From NCBI RefSeq assembly GCF_000281045.1, contig NW_008246076.1, positions 215,286-235,568 of the forward strand: a stretch of 20,283 nucleotides of DNA. The letters are read 5' to 3'. Below the pieces are notes generated by a model. That model was not told the origin of the DNA, searched no databases, and saw only the letters and a program-made list of their open reading frames with translations. The stretch's first letter is position 1, and each line of letters begins with the position of its first letter. Below are positions 9,116 through 19,154 of this stretch, one piece after another. The translations under genes and the position numbers were made by a program. Source of the DNA: Saprolegnia diclina VS20 (Eukaryota).

Positions 9116-11074
9116 CTACTTCTTGGCCCGTTTGGTGGCGGGGGCCTTGGACCCAGCGCCGCCCTTGGCTTTGGCACCGCGGCCGCGCGCGGTGGGCGTC
9201 ACCCGCTCGGGCTTTTCGGGAATTGAAGCCGCAAATTCGAGCGCAAATGCATGGTTCCAGCCACCAAAGAGCTTCTTGATCGTCGGGAGCTTGGGCACCT
9301 TGGCGGGTGTTGCGTCCTTCTCGGACGTCTTGCCGCGCCCGAGCTGGCCGCGGTCGTTCTTGCCCCACGTAAAAACGTCGCCGGCCGCGTTGAGCGCCAT
9401 CGAGTGGTTCTCGCCTAACGTTCCGCGGTCAAGTTGATACATTGATAGTCGACGAGGGTGTACCGCAGACAACGCTCGTCCACGCCTGGCCCGCGAGCGC
9501 CGGGATCTCGGTCGGCAGCGACAGAATACGCAGCTTCTCGTTCTCGCTGTTGTCATCTATGTCGTCGGTACCGAGCTGGCCGTATTCGTTGTTGCCCATG
9601 CCCAGGACGCGCTGGTCGCTCGTCACGAGGAGCGTGTGGTTGCCGCCGCACGCCACGAGCGCGATCGACGTCGTCAGCAGCGCCTGCGCCAGTCGATATG
9701 ACATCGGTTGAAGCGAGGTCGCACAGGTACCTCGACGCCAAACGGGCGGGGCACGCGGAACTGCTGGCGGAAGAAGCGCGACTGGCCCTGCGGCGGCGGA
9801 GGCTTGGCGTGGCCCAGCTGCCCGTACTCGCCAAAGCCCCACGTCCAAAGACCCGGTGTGCTACATCGCGTCGCTGGTCGTGGGCTCAATTAGCCGCGAA
9901 CGTACTGTTTCAGGACGACAGCGCCGTGGGCATTGCCGAGCGAGAGCTGCGCAATGTCGCGGCCCAAGTTGAAGGTCGTCGGGATCTCGGGCGTCCACGG
10001 TTGCTTCTACAACCGCGCGCCTGCATAAGACATTGCAGCATGAAGCCAAGTACCTCGGTCGTTGCGGGCCCCTTGGGGTTGAGGTACTGCGGCACCCACT
10101 GGTTCTTGCCCGAGCCGTCGGCGAGCTGGCCGTTGGCGTTGCCGCCCATCGACATGAAGACACCGGGCAGCTCCCGATGAAAGTAGTCGTCTTCTTTCGC
10201 GACGCCTGACGTCATGACGACAAAGTCCGTACCGCAGCGCGCTACCAGCTTGTTAGACGAGGCAATGAGAGATCAACGAAGCGCACCCAAGACGGCCGGG
10301 ATCTCCTTCTCGCGGAGCGCCGAGATCTTCTTGGGGAGCTTCTTGTTCTTGTTTTCTTGGTGGCCGAGCTGCCCGAGCTCGCCATTGCCCCACGAGTACA
10401 CGTGGCCGTGCTTGGTGACGACGAGGGCAAAGTCCTTGCCGCACTGGACCATCTCGAGGCTAGACCAAAATGAGTGGTCGTCGTGCGTTTGGCAGTATCT
10501 CACCGGCCCTCGACGGCGGGACGCTTCTCGTCTTCGAGCACTTCAATCTAATGATGCATAAGAGCGATGGAGGATCGTAGCCTGCGTGTACCTTGCGAAA
10601 GTCGACGAGCTTTTCGTGGACCACATCGTTGTGGCCGAGCTGGCCGCTGACGCCCGTGCCCACCGAGTACGCGTCGCCTTCGTTTGCGAGCACGACCGTA
10701 AAGTTCTCGCCGCAGGCCACGTCGCGCACCGAGATGCCGGCGAGGCTCGTGACCAGCGTCGGCGTCGCCTGCAGGAGCAAGTCGCGGTCGCCGAGGCCGA
10801 GCTGGCCGTCTTCGTTGTCGCCCCATGCAAAGATGCGTGAGAGCGGCTTGCCCTTCGGCGCAGGGATGTGGCCGGCGCAGAACTTGCAGAACCAGTCGCC
10901 GTCAGGGACAGCGAATTTCTTGTTGAAGTTGTTGCGCGGCTTTTCCTGGCAGCAGACGCAGCCATGATGGCAAAAGGTGTGGAAGGGCGCGTCGCAGCCA
11001 TCGCAGAGCACGAGGAACTCTTCGTCGTCGGTCTTGCCGCAGACGCGGCAGGGCGCGTCCTCGTCCGTGCTCAT
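9116..11074 (-). CDS. PHD finger + RCC1-repeat (7-bladed propeller) protein; 8 exons, about 545 aa
   Basis: Exons 11074-10592, 10547-10504, 10459-10287, 10241-10054, 10006-9906, 9860-9731, 9683-9464, 9414-9116 (GT-AG, 1638 nt). PHD: CRVC...LCDGCD..FHTFC...PDGDWFCKFC. Seven GQL(G/A) repeats: WGDNEDGQLG, VGTGVSGQLG, WGNGELGQLG, MGGNANGQLA, WGFGEYGQLG, MGNNEYGQLG, WGKNDRGQLG. Basic tail ending KRAKK. Confidence 0.9.
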
Positions 11075-12506
11075 GCTGCTGCTGCCTCCTGCTTGCTGCC
11101 GCCCAATACAAACTGGGGCCGAAACGGACCCGGCTTTACGACCGGATATGATCCGGATGACACCCACCGCGCCACGAGATGTGGATGCGAGAAGTCGTCG
11201 ACTCGAGCGACAGACGCCCGTTGTGCTTGCTTCGGGGGCGACCGACCCACCATATCCATTCGAGGCGAACCACGTCTTGGTGTCCAGCGACTCTCACTGC
11301 CAGCTGCAGGCTGCTACGCGAGGAACCGCCCCTCGACTGCTACGTTAGCCATAAGGGACTTGCTACACGCCTCTAGTTGGCAACAACTAGTTGGCCACTA
11401 GTTAGCTAGGTTGTTATGTTGTTGCGCGAGTGCTGCTGGAGCTACGTACGAAGTACTAATATGGACCTAACGCACAAGATTTTGCTTTCTAAGAGCTTAG
11501 TTATTTATTTAAATTTGTGCGGAAGACGACGACCAGATCGAGACCGCTCTGCATCGCTCTGATGCACTGGGTTAAACGCAATGTCATCTTGCTGGTTCAC
11601 TTGCAAGCGTTTTGGAAAGCGCGCGGGAAACCTACGAAAAGCGCGTTCTCGCAGCTCCGGCTGCCACGTATGGCCGCACGTATCCGGATGCACCGCATAC
11701 AACCGGAGAGATCGATGGCCAGCACAGGTGGAAACATGTACAAAGTCTCTTCTGTACGGCAAGCAACAAAGGAGGAGCGATACTATCGCTGCCATAGATC
11801 GACGAGCCGCCGTGGTTGGTGGTGCGGCGTGGAAGAAGCTTGTGCAACAGGATCCAGTATGGGATGTTTAACCTTCTGCGCATGCCATCAGAGTAGCAAT
11901 GCTAATGCAATGACAGTAGCAAGGAGCGACTGCGCTGAGCTGCGATCGTGGGCAAATGGGACTTTCTACTGTGAGGTCCATCGGATGTACTAGTACCGGG
12001 TTGGACGTCTCGAACGGTGAGAGACGCACTTCTTCGCACCTGGGACAAGTTCCTTGCTACCATGTACAGCATTGCACTGGGTCATCTTCGCAGCCTTGGC
12101 GCTAAGCTCGCGTTTTAGTTGCCGTAAATTTGATGCGAAAATACCGTTGTCCCGCCGGCTAACGATGGCTGTCGAAGATCTGGCAATTCTAGAAGATTCA
12201 GGCTGCAGTTTCGGGCCCCCGTCCGGGGACCCCTCTCGCGACTATGACGTGCTTGACCCACGAGCGTATTAGCTGCACTAGTCTCAATAGACGTGGCATG
12301 GAACTCATAGCGCCGCTCCAATTCTAAGGACGCACACCTCGCTGCGCTGTGATTAATGTGCAGGGTCCTTGCATTTGTTGGATAGATTTGGTGGTACCCC
12401 AAATTAAGTTTGAGGTACCCCACCTATTGCTCAGTAAAGTGCGACCACGGTTCCACCCAATCCGTGGTCATCATTTGATTCGTGTGAAGCCAAGGACGAG
12501 GAGGAG

Positions 12507-13927
12507 ATGATGCTGCCTGCCGCTGCGCGTCGCGCCGCCCCGCGCCTGCTGGGCCTGAAGCACGGACTGCCGCCGATGCACCTGCTGCCGTCGATGCACT
12601 TTCACAGCTCGACGCCGCTGGCGAAGCGCGACTTTTACGAGGTCCTCGGCGTCGGCGCCGGCGCGTCCAAGAACGACATCAAGAAAAAGTACTACGAGCT
12701 CGCCAAGAAGTTCCACCCGGACACGAACAAGGACGACCCGAACGCGGCCAAAAAGTTCGCCGAGGCCACCGAGGCCTGGGAGGTGCTGGGCGACGACGAC
12801 AAGCGCCAAAAGTACGATACGTTTGGCCATGCGGGCGTCGACCCGAACGCCGGTGGCGGCGACGGCTTCCACGGCGGCGGCTTTGAAGACATCTTTGCGT
12901 CCATGTTTGGCCACCAGGCTGGCGGTCGCCGCAGCGGTCGTCCGCAGCCGCAGCGTGGCGCGGACGTCCAAGTCAACGTCCACGTCTCGTTCATGGAGGC
13001 GGTCAATGGCACGACGCGCGACCTGAACCTCAACACGGACGTGACCTGCGACCCGTGCGACGGCAGCGGCGCCAAGCCCGGCACGAGCAAGCGCAAGTGC
13101 AAGAGCTGCGGCGGCTCCGGTGTCGAGATCCTCCAGCAAGGCTTCTTTGCCGTCGAGCAGCCCTGCCGTCGGTGCCGGGGCGAAGGTAAGCACCACTCGA
13201 TGCGTGGACACAGTGTCTTATATACCGAGTAGGCTTTATCATTGAGACGCCGTGCACGAGCTGCCGCGGCCGTGGCAAGGTCAAGAAGGCGCGCACGGTC
13301 GAAGTCAAGATCCCGGAAGGCGTCGACAATGGCATGAACCTCCGCCTCGCGCACCAGGGCGAAGCCGGCAGCAAGGGTGCGTCGATTATATGACGCTGTG
13401 AACCTCACACGCGCGCGTAGGCGGGCCGTCGGGGCATCTCTACGTGTCGATCTCGGTCGCAGGCGACCCGTTCTTCAAGCGCAGCAAGACAGACGTGCAC
13501 TGCGAAGTCCCCATCTCGGTTGCGCAGGCCATTCTTGGCAGCTCGATCGTCGTGCCGACGCTGACGGGCCAGGTCGAAATGACGGTAGGCCATCGCCGGT
13601 CGAGACCTCTTATGTATGGACATGGCGCAGATTCCCAAGGGGACACAGTCGGGCACGACGCTCAAGATGCGCGGCAAGGGCATCAAGGAGCTCAACTCGT
13701 CGCGCCGCGGGTCGCAGCTCGTGACGATGAACGTGCACATCCCGGACACGTTGTCGGCGCGTCAGAAGGAGCTCATGGAAGAGTTCGCCAAGGAAGAGCA
13801 GCTGCGTGGCGAGGCCGGCGAGTCGTCGTGCAAGACGCACTCATTTGCCGAGACGGTGCAGAAGACCGTCGATCGCATCAAGGCGTTCCTCAAGCCCAAG
13901 GAAGCCAAGCAGGACGAGACGGCGTGA
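12507..13927 (+). CDS. dnaJ: Class I DnaJ chaperone, mitochondrial type (Mdj1/DNAJA3-like); 4 exons, about 427 aa
   Basis: Exons 12507-13185, 13233-13376, 13421-13584, 13631-13927 (1284 nt). Arg/Ala/Leu-rich presequence without acidic residues, J domain ([11 protein letters not shown]), G/F region, four CxxCxGxG motifs ([32 protein letters not shown]) and a C-terminal domain ([16 protein letters not shown]). Confidence 0.95.
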
Positions 13928-13971
13928 GCTGCAGTAGTATCGTATACTGGATGCATGTTAACATAGACCGA

Positions 13972-14386
13972 TTACAAGAGAAAGACATCGTCTTTCGGGC
14001 GCTCAAAGACGCGCGTCTTCTTGCCCGGCATGTCGAGGAGCTCGTGGATCTTGGCCGTGCACTGCTTAAAGTCCTCGCTCTTCTCCCACGCCTCGTAGTC
14101 ACGACGGCTCCGCCACTACAGCCGTGGCCTCAGTGCACAGCCAAGATGTCATCGCAGCGTACCTCAGACATGACGATGTACTTGTGGTGGTCGTCCATGT
14201 CGCTCATGGTCTCGACCGAGATGAGGCCCGGCTGCCGACGCACCGTCGCCTTGACCTATGCGTTCGCATGAGGCCTCGCTGCCATCGCCGAGCGCGTACC
14301 CGCTCCATCATGCGGTGGACGGTCGGCTCGAAGCCGCGGCTCATGATGCGCTCCGTGAGCACGCGGACGGGACCCGAGGTGACCAT
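13972..14386 (-). CDS. Small ABM-domain (antibiotic biosynthesis monooxygenase-like, dimeric alpha+beta barrel) protein; 3 exons, 107 aa
   Basis: Exons 14386-14300, 14255-14163, 14115-13972; both introns are GTACGC...TAG, phase 0 (44 and 47 nt). Product MVTSGPVRVLTERIMSRGFEPTVHRMMERVKATVRRQPGLISVETMSDMDDHHKYIVMSEWRSRRDYEAWEKSEDFKQCTAKIHELLDMPGKKTRVFERPKDDVFLL. It shows the ABM pattern QPG-hydrophobic...YIVMSEW.S...YEAW..S..F. Confidence 0.85.
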
Positions 14387-15806
14387 GGTGACTGCTACGT
14401 GGGGCTGCAAAGGCAAAAGCGGTTCTGGCAACTGCCGGTATCTTCCACCAAATTATCCGGATCAATCAGTTGATTGCCGAACCACTTCTGCTCCATCCGC
14501 AGACGACAGCAGCGCAAGCGGGTCAGAATTCGACCTTGCGCAAGCACAGATGCTTCTATTAGGAGAGTTGCGTCAAATTCCATTGCTGTCCCTCGATGCA
14601 GCGCCTGGTATCCGACCGGTCGACTTCTAGTCGGCAATAAAGTGGTCTAGTTGAAGTTGGAGCGATTGCGCAATCGTTTGGGAACGCTATAGCCTTCTGC
14701 GTGCAACGACGCAGCCAGGAAGGCAGGTTGTCTGGTTGTTTACCGAGAATAAGTTTACTAGTGCTGACAAAGCAAAGTGCCGGAGCCGCGCAGTGCCATG
14801 CGAGGCGGCAGCATGGCGCTTGACGAAGCTCGCCGAACAAGTAGCGACGGTTGCGATGTGAAGGTTTGGTGTGGATGGTCGTCTTGTCATCAAAGGCTGG
14901 TTTCGACGCTGGAGAAAGCATCGGAAAAGACACTAGGCGCTCTGTCAAATGCAGCAGTGATAAAGGTCGTCAGCAACCGCGAGTGGGGTGCAGTGTGTGC
15001 GTGTTGTGCTACTGCAGCGACAGCCTGCTCGAGCGACGTGTTGGCTACGACTCCCGCAGCCCATTCGGCGGCACTACGTGTGATGGTACACCTACTAGCT
15101 ATATCGTACTATAGTTGTGCTAGTTGTGCCAGCCCCCCAATGCCAAGGAAGGACCGTCGCTCACCAAGTTTCTTTTCTAAATGCGCTCTCGTGCTGCCAC
15201 GTAATTGCGCAAGAGTGATGGTGCCATGAAGGCGGACCCGAAAGCTGAGTCGCGACAGGCAAGGTGAACAGGCGATGCACTACACTGTGATGACCAAGCT
15301 CTCGCGCACGAGGACTACAGACCTATAGCGTTTGCCATTCTCTCGCCTCGGACGTTTACACTAGAGATGTGGCTGGCCACATCCCTTTAGCATCTGGTCC
15401 CGATTCAAGTTCCAAATTTCAGATTCTAGATTGCGATGTGGCGCGACCTAAGCCAGGTACTGGCACCAACGATCCTAAAAGAAGGCTCCTTGCACCGGGT
15501 TCAAGAACTGCCGAGAGCGTCAACGTCTGGACGAGTGTACGGTCGGCAGCCGCGGCCGGACGCGACATGCGCCTGCCATCCATCCCAGCGAGGGCCGGAA
15601 CGTGTCAATGAATGCTGTGAGCCACCTCTGGGTGTTTCTGAGGAGAGGCGTGCTCTGTTCGCAGCCGGTCGCCCTTCTTCCAGTTCTTCCACCCACGCTA
15701 CGTCGCTCTCTCCATTCTTGAAGGTTGCTGCGGCTGCTAATGGGGTCGATGAGACCAGTTGCAACGCCGACACGACCATGTAATACATAAGTTAGAGCCG
15801 CTACGA

Positions 15807-16556
15807 CTACCGGCTGCGCATGCTCGGGAGGATGCGAATGGGCGCCGACGCGATCGGGTCGTGCGGTATCCGCGACGCGTTCACAATCGCACGCGTCAGT
15901 GCAGCGACCCACGCCTTGCAGGCTGCTGGGCTTGGGCAGCGGAAGAGGACGGTCGCGCCATGTTCCGACGTCAGCTGGAGGCTTGCATCTCGCATGCGAC
16001 AGACGACCGTGCGCGGCGTGAGCACCAAGCTCTGTGTGCGCGCGGCTGCGATGGGTTCGAAGCGGGGTGTCACAGGTACCCACGCGACGCGGCCGCCTTC
16101 CAGAACGACGCGCACCTCCGTCGTTGATGCCCACCAGGATGTGGCGGGTAGCACGAGGATGCCCGTCTTGGCGGCCATTGGCGGACCTTGTCTGGCCATC
16201 GATGGGACGCGTTGCACCTCCTAATCGAAATGAGTGCCAGGTTGCAGTTGCCATCGCGTTGGGCGTCGTACCCGAGGTTCGCTGCGCGGGCACAGCATGC
16301 TCGGGTAGATGGCCGCGTGGAGCGTCATCTTGGCTGTGGGCTTGGAGGCTGGCAGCCCAGCTTGGTCGTCGAGCGCGCTGAGGTTGTAGAGACAGCCCGT
16401 CTTGCGCGAGAGGCGGAGCGGGCGCAATACCGGCGATGGCAGCGGAGACCGCGTGAGAAGCCGCTCCTTGAGGTCACCGCGCGCCTCGAGGTAGCTGTCG
16501 CGCGTCGGCGTGAGAGCGACAAAGTGGCCCCACTCGCCGTGCCCGCTGTGGCTCAT
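15807..16556 (-). CDS. Hypothetical protein with C-terminal PH-like domain; 2 exons, about 232 aa
   Basis: Exon 1 16556-16272, 51-nt intron 16271-16221 (GTACGA...CTCAT...TTAG), exon 2 16220-15807. KTGILVL...WW...VRVVLEGGRVAW and LFRCPSPAACKAWVAALTRAI resemble the first PH strands and the C-terminal Trp helix. Confidence 0.65.
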
Positions 16557-17306
16557 GCTGCTGTTGATTCGCAAACGAAATCTGCCGTGTGAGCGCTTCA
16601 CGTCTCGATGTGACCAACGCTCGGCTGAGGCCAGTCGAGAGATGCGGCGCGTCTGCCATTGGCTCCGAGTCAAAGGTTGAAGCGGTGCTGCGCCAACTTC
16701 AAGTTGGGTCGACCATACAAATCCCGAGATCAATTCACTGCCAGCACAAGCAAGTGGTGTGACGCCGCGCCATGTGCCTCGAAAAAAGGGCTCACCCCCT
16801 CATTTATGATGGCCCGGTCCCTTTGTTTGCATGGTTCAAACAAGGTAAAAGTGATCGCATGGGCCGGGGGGTACCCATCAAAACTCAAATGGATGCGTCG
16901 CCGGCCAGGCCCACAGCAACCATGCTGGCGCTGGCATCTCGCAGCGACTCAACCTGCGACTTTGGCAACCATCAACCTTGGCAACAGACAGGCCTTCGTA
17001 ACCATTATCGAGATGCGGAAATCAAAGGATGCGTCGCTAACAGGATGTGCGCATCGAAGTCGAGAGCTCGTGGCAAGACCGGCCGTCGTCCAACGGTCGC
17101 GCACCTGCGGCAAGGGGCACGCAGGGCAATCATACCTTGCGCACGCCACGGTTGGCTACTCACGAGCTTCGAAGATCGTAAAATATAGAACGACTGTCGG
17201 AGATTGATAGCTACTCGTTCGAACCAGCGATTATGAAACCGAGTTTTGAAGCTGGCTGCGGACGCCAACAGATATTCCGTGCTCGATATCTTTAGCTACT
17301 TCTTGC

Positions 17307-19124
17307 ATGGCGACGACGCCGCTTCTCTTGGCGGTGACCATCTTGGCTCGATAATTACAGCACTCACCCACAGCTGCTAGACGCCCCGCTCTGGCTACGC
17401 GAATGTGTTTGATTCCTACAAGGCCCATCTGCTCAGCCAGAGCCTGAGCTGGCCGCAGCTCGAGCAACTCACGTACCTCGTCCACGAGACGGCCTCGCAC
17501 ATGCCGGTCGAGGCCAAGCTCAATCAATGGACGCAAGACCAAGAAGGTGCAAGACGAATGCATTGCGGCATGCACATTTGGGCTGTTCCTAGAGGCCATG
17601 GAAGATCGCATGGAGCAGGACGAGCGCTTCGTACCGCCGCCGTCGTTTGAAGAAGTCCAGCTCATGAAGCAGTGGCTCGCGATCCCGCGGCTCAACTATG
17701 ACCAGTTCCGGTCGGTTGCGATGGCGTTGCGGCAGCCGGGGATCGAAGCGTATGCCACCGCGAGCGTCTTTCTGCAGTTTCCACACGACGCCTTCGGGCG
17801 ACTCAATGGTCTCGCGTGGGTGAACGTGGTGCGCGCGAGCTCGCTGGCGCTCCGTGCCCACGCCCTTCTCTCGTACTGTGACTTTGCATGTTTCAATGTA
17901 TCAACCAAAGGTTGGACGTAGTGCCTACGACACGTCGGGCAAAGGGGTCTTGTTGGAAAACAATATTGTCGATCTAGTCACAGACTGGGCAGCAAGCGTG
18001 CCCTGGCGCACGCCTCTCGAGGCATGCAAATGTCGTGACTGGCATATTCTCACGATTTTACGGGCAAATAGGAGACTTTTCGGTCGTATTTCGTGCTCAT
18101 TGTCGCGCGCATGCTCTGGCTCGCGTTGGTGCCGCACCTCACAGGTACATTTGCGTATCGTATATATTCTTTAGATTGTCATATTGTCTTGTGGCGATGG
18201 CCTCACGGACTTGTAGGAAAAGTTGTGATTGAGCGGGCGCGGGCTCATCCCTACTGCCACGCACTGGTCAACTTGCAGACGGTCGAGTATCACAGCTCGA
18301 ACGAATATGGGGCCAACCCGCTGACGCTCGAGGCAGCGACAAAGCTCCACCGCCAGTACATGCAGCTGGACACGGACAAGAACGGGCTGCTCTCAAAAAC
18401 AGAATTCCTCAATTATGGTACAAATGAGATCTTATATCACGAAATTTGAACATGAATGAAATAGGAAGAAAAAAGGCGTTTGTGCCCAACGACTCGTCTC
18501 GCCCGACACACGAGCTCACGCGTCAGTTTGTCGACCGCGTCTTTGAGGTCGTCCGCACGTACGACGGCGAGCTGGTGCGTCCGCTGCAAACACTGGAATG
18601 TGTCCAAACAGTGTTTTTACAGGATTATAAATCGTTTTTGGATCTCAATTTGCGCATCCAAGACGGTGTGTCCAAAGGCGCGCTGCAGGTAGACCATATA
18701 TCTGGATCTGTCATGAGACGGGGTGCTCGTAGATGTACTGGCGCGTCCTTGACCTCCACGACGTTGGCTACCTTGACGGTGCTGTCGTCGAATTTTTTCT
18801 GCAAGGCATTGCAACCAAGGTGATGGCTGCTATGGGGTCGGCCCTCGACACGCGTGTGCTTCGGGTATGAGTTGCATTTGGTTGCATTTCCAAATGGTAT
18901 AGTCTGACATGTCAATCGGCAGAGCGAGCTCTTTGACATGCTCCAACCCAAGCACCCGCTGCACATCACTCTCGACGACATTCTGTCGAGTCTGTACGGC
19001 CACACATTTGTGCGGTACGATGGACTACTTACGAAACGTGGTGGTGTTAATGTCGTTTTTTGGCTAACGTAGTGTCTTGACCGACTACGAAAGTTATTTG
19101 GACTACGAACGCCACGCCAAATAA
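17307..19124 (+). CDS. PP2A regulatory subunit B''-gamma-like (PPP2R3C/TON2-FASS family) EF-hand protein; 11 exons, about 432 aa, start uncertain
   Basis: Exons 17307-17333, 17381-17546, 17593-17872, 17922-18021, 18072-18144, 18217-18417, 18465-18574, 18623-18688, 18733-18864, 18923-19014, 19073-19124 (1299 nt). Motifs colinear with PPP2R3C as I recall it: YDTSGKGVL, QYMQLDTDKNGLLSKTEF..YG, FVDRVFE...TYDGELDYKSFLD, VLDLHDVGYL, ELFDMLQPKHPLHITLDDI, LTD....LDYER. Confidence 0.85.
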
Positions 19125-19154
19125 ATGTATCGTATTCCTTCGCGACGATGCGTC

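Noticed and set aside
12471..13408. Long antisense ORFs opposite DnaJ (similar ones lie opposite the PP2C and RCC1 genes)
   Set aside because: Typical antisense shadows of high-GC3 coding sequence.
14430..15790. ORFs and GTTCAA B-box-like words (about 15499) suggesting a tRNA or a gene
   Set aside because: No cloverleaf or A-box can be formed, and the ORFs lack family motifs.
16659..17207. Overlapping 182-aa and 138-aa plus-strand ORFs between the PH-like and B''-like genes
   Set aside because: No recognisable motif, and no splice route into the B''-like gene that I could support. More likely a divergent promoter region.
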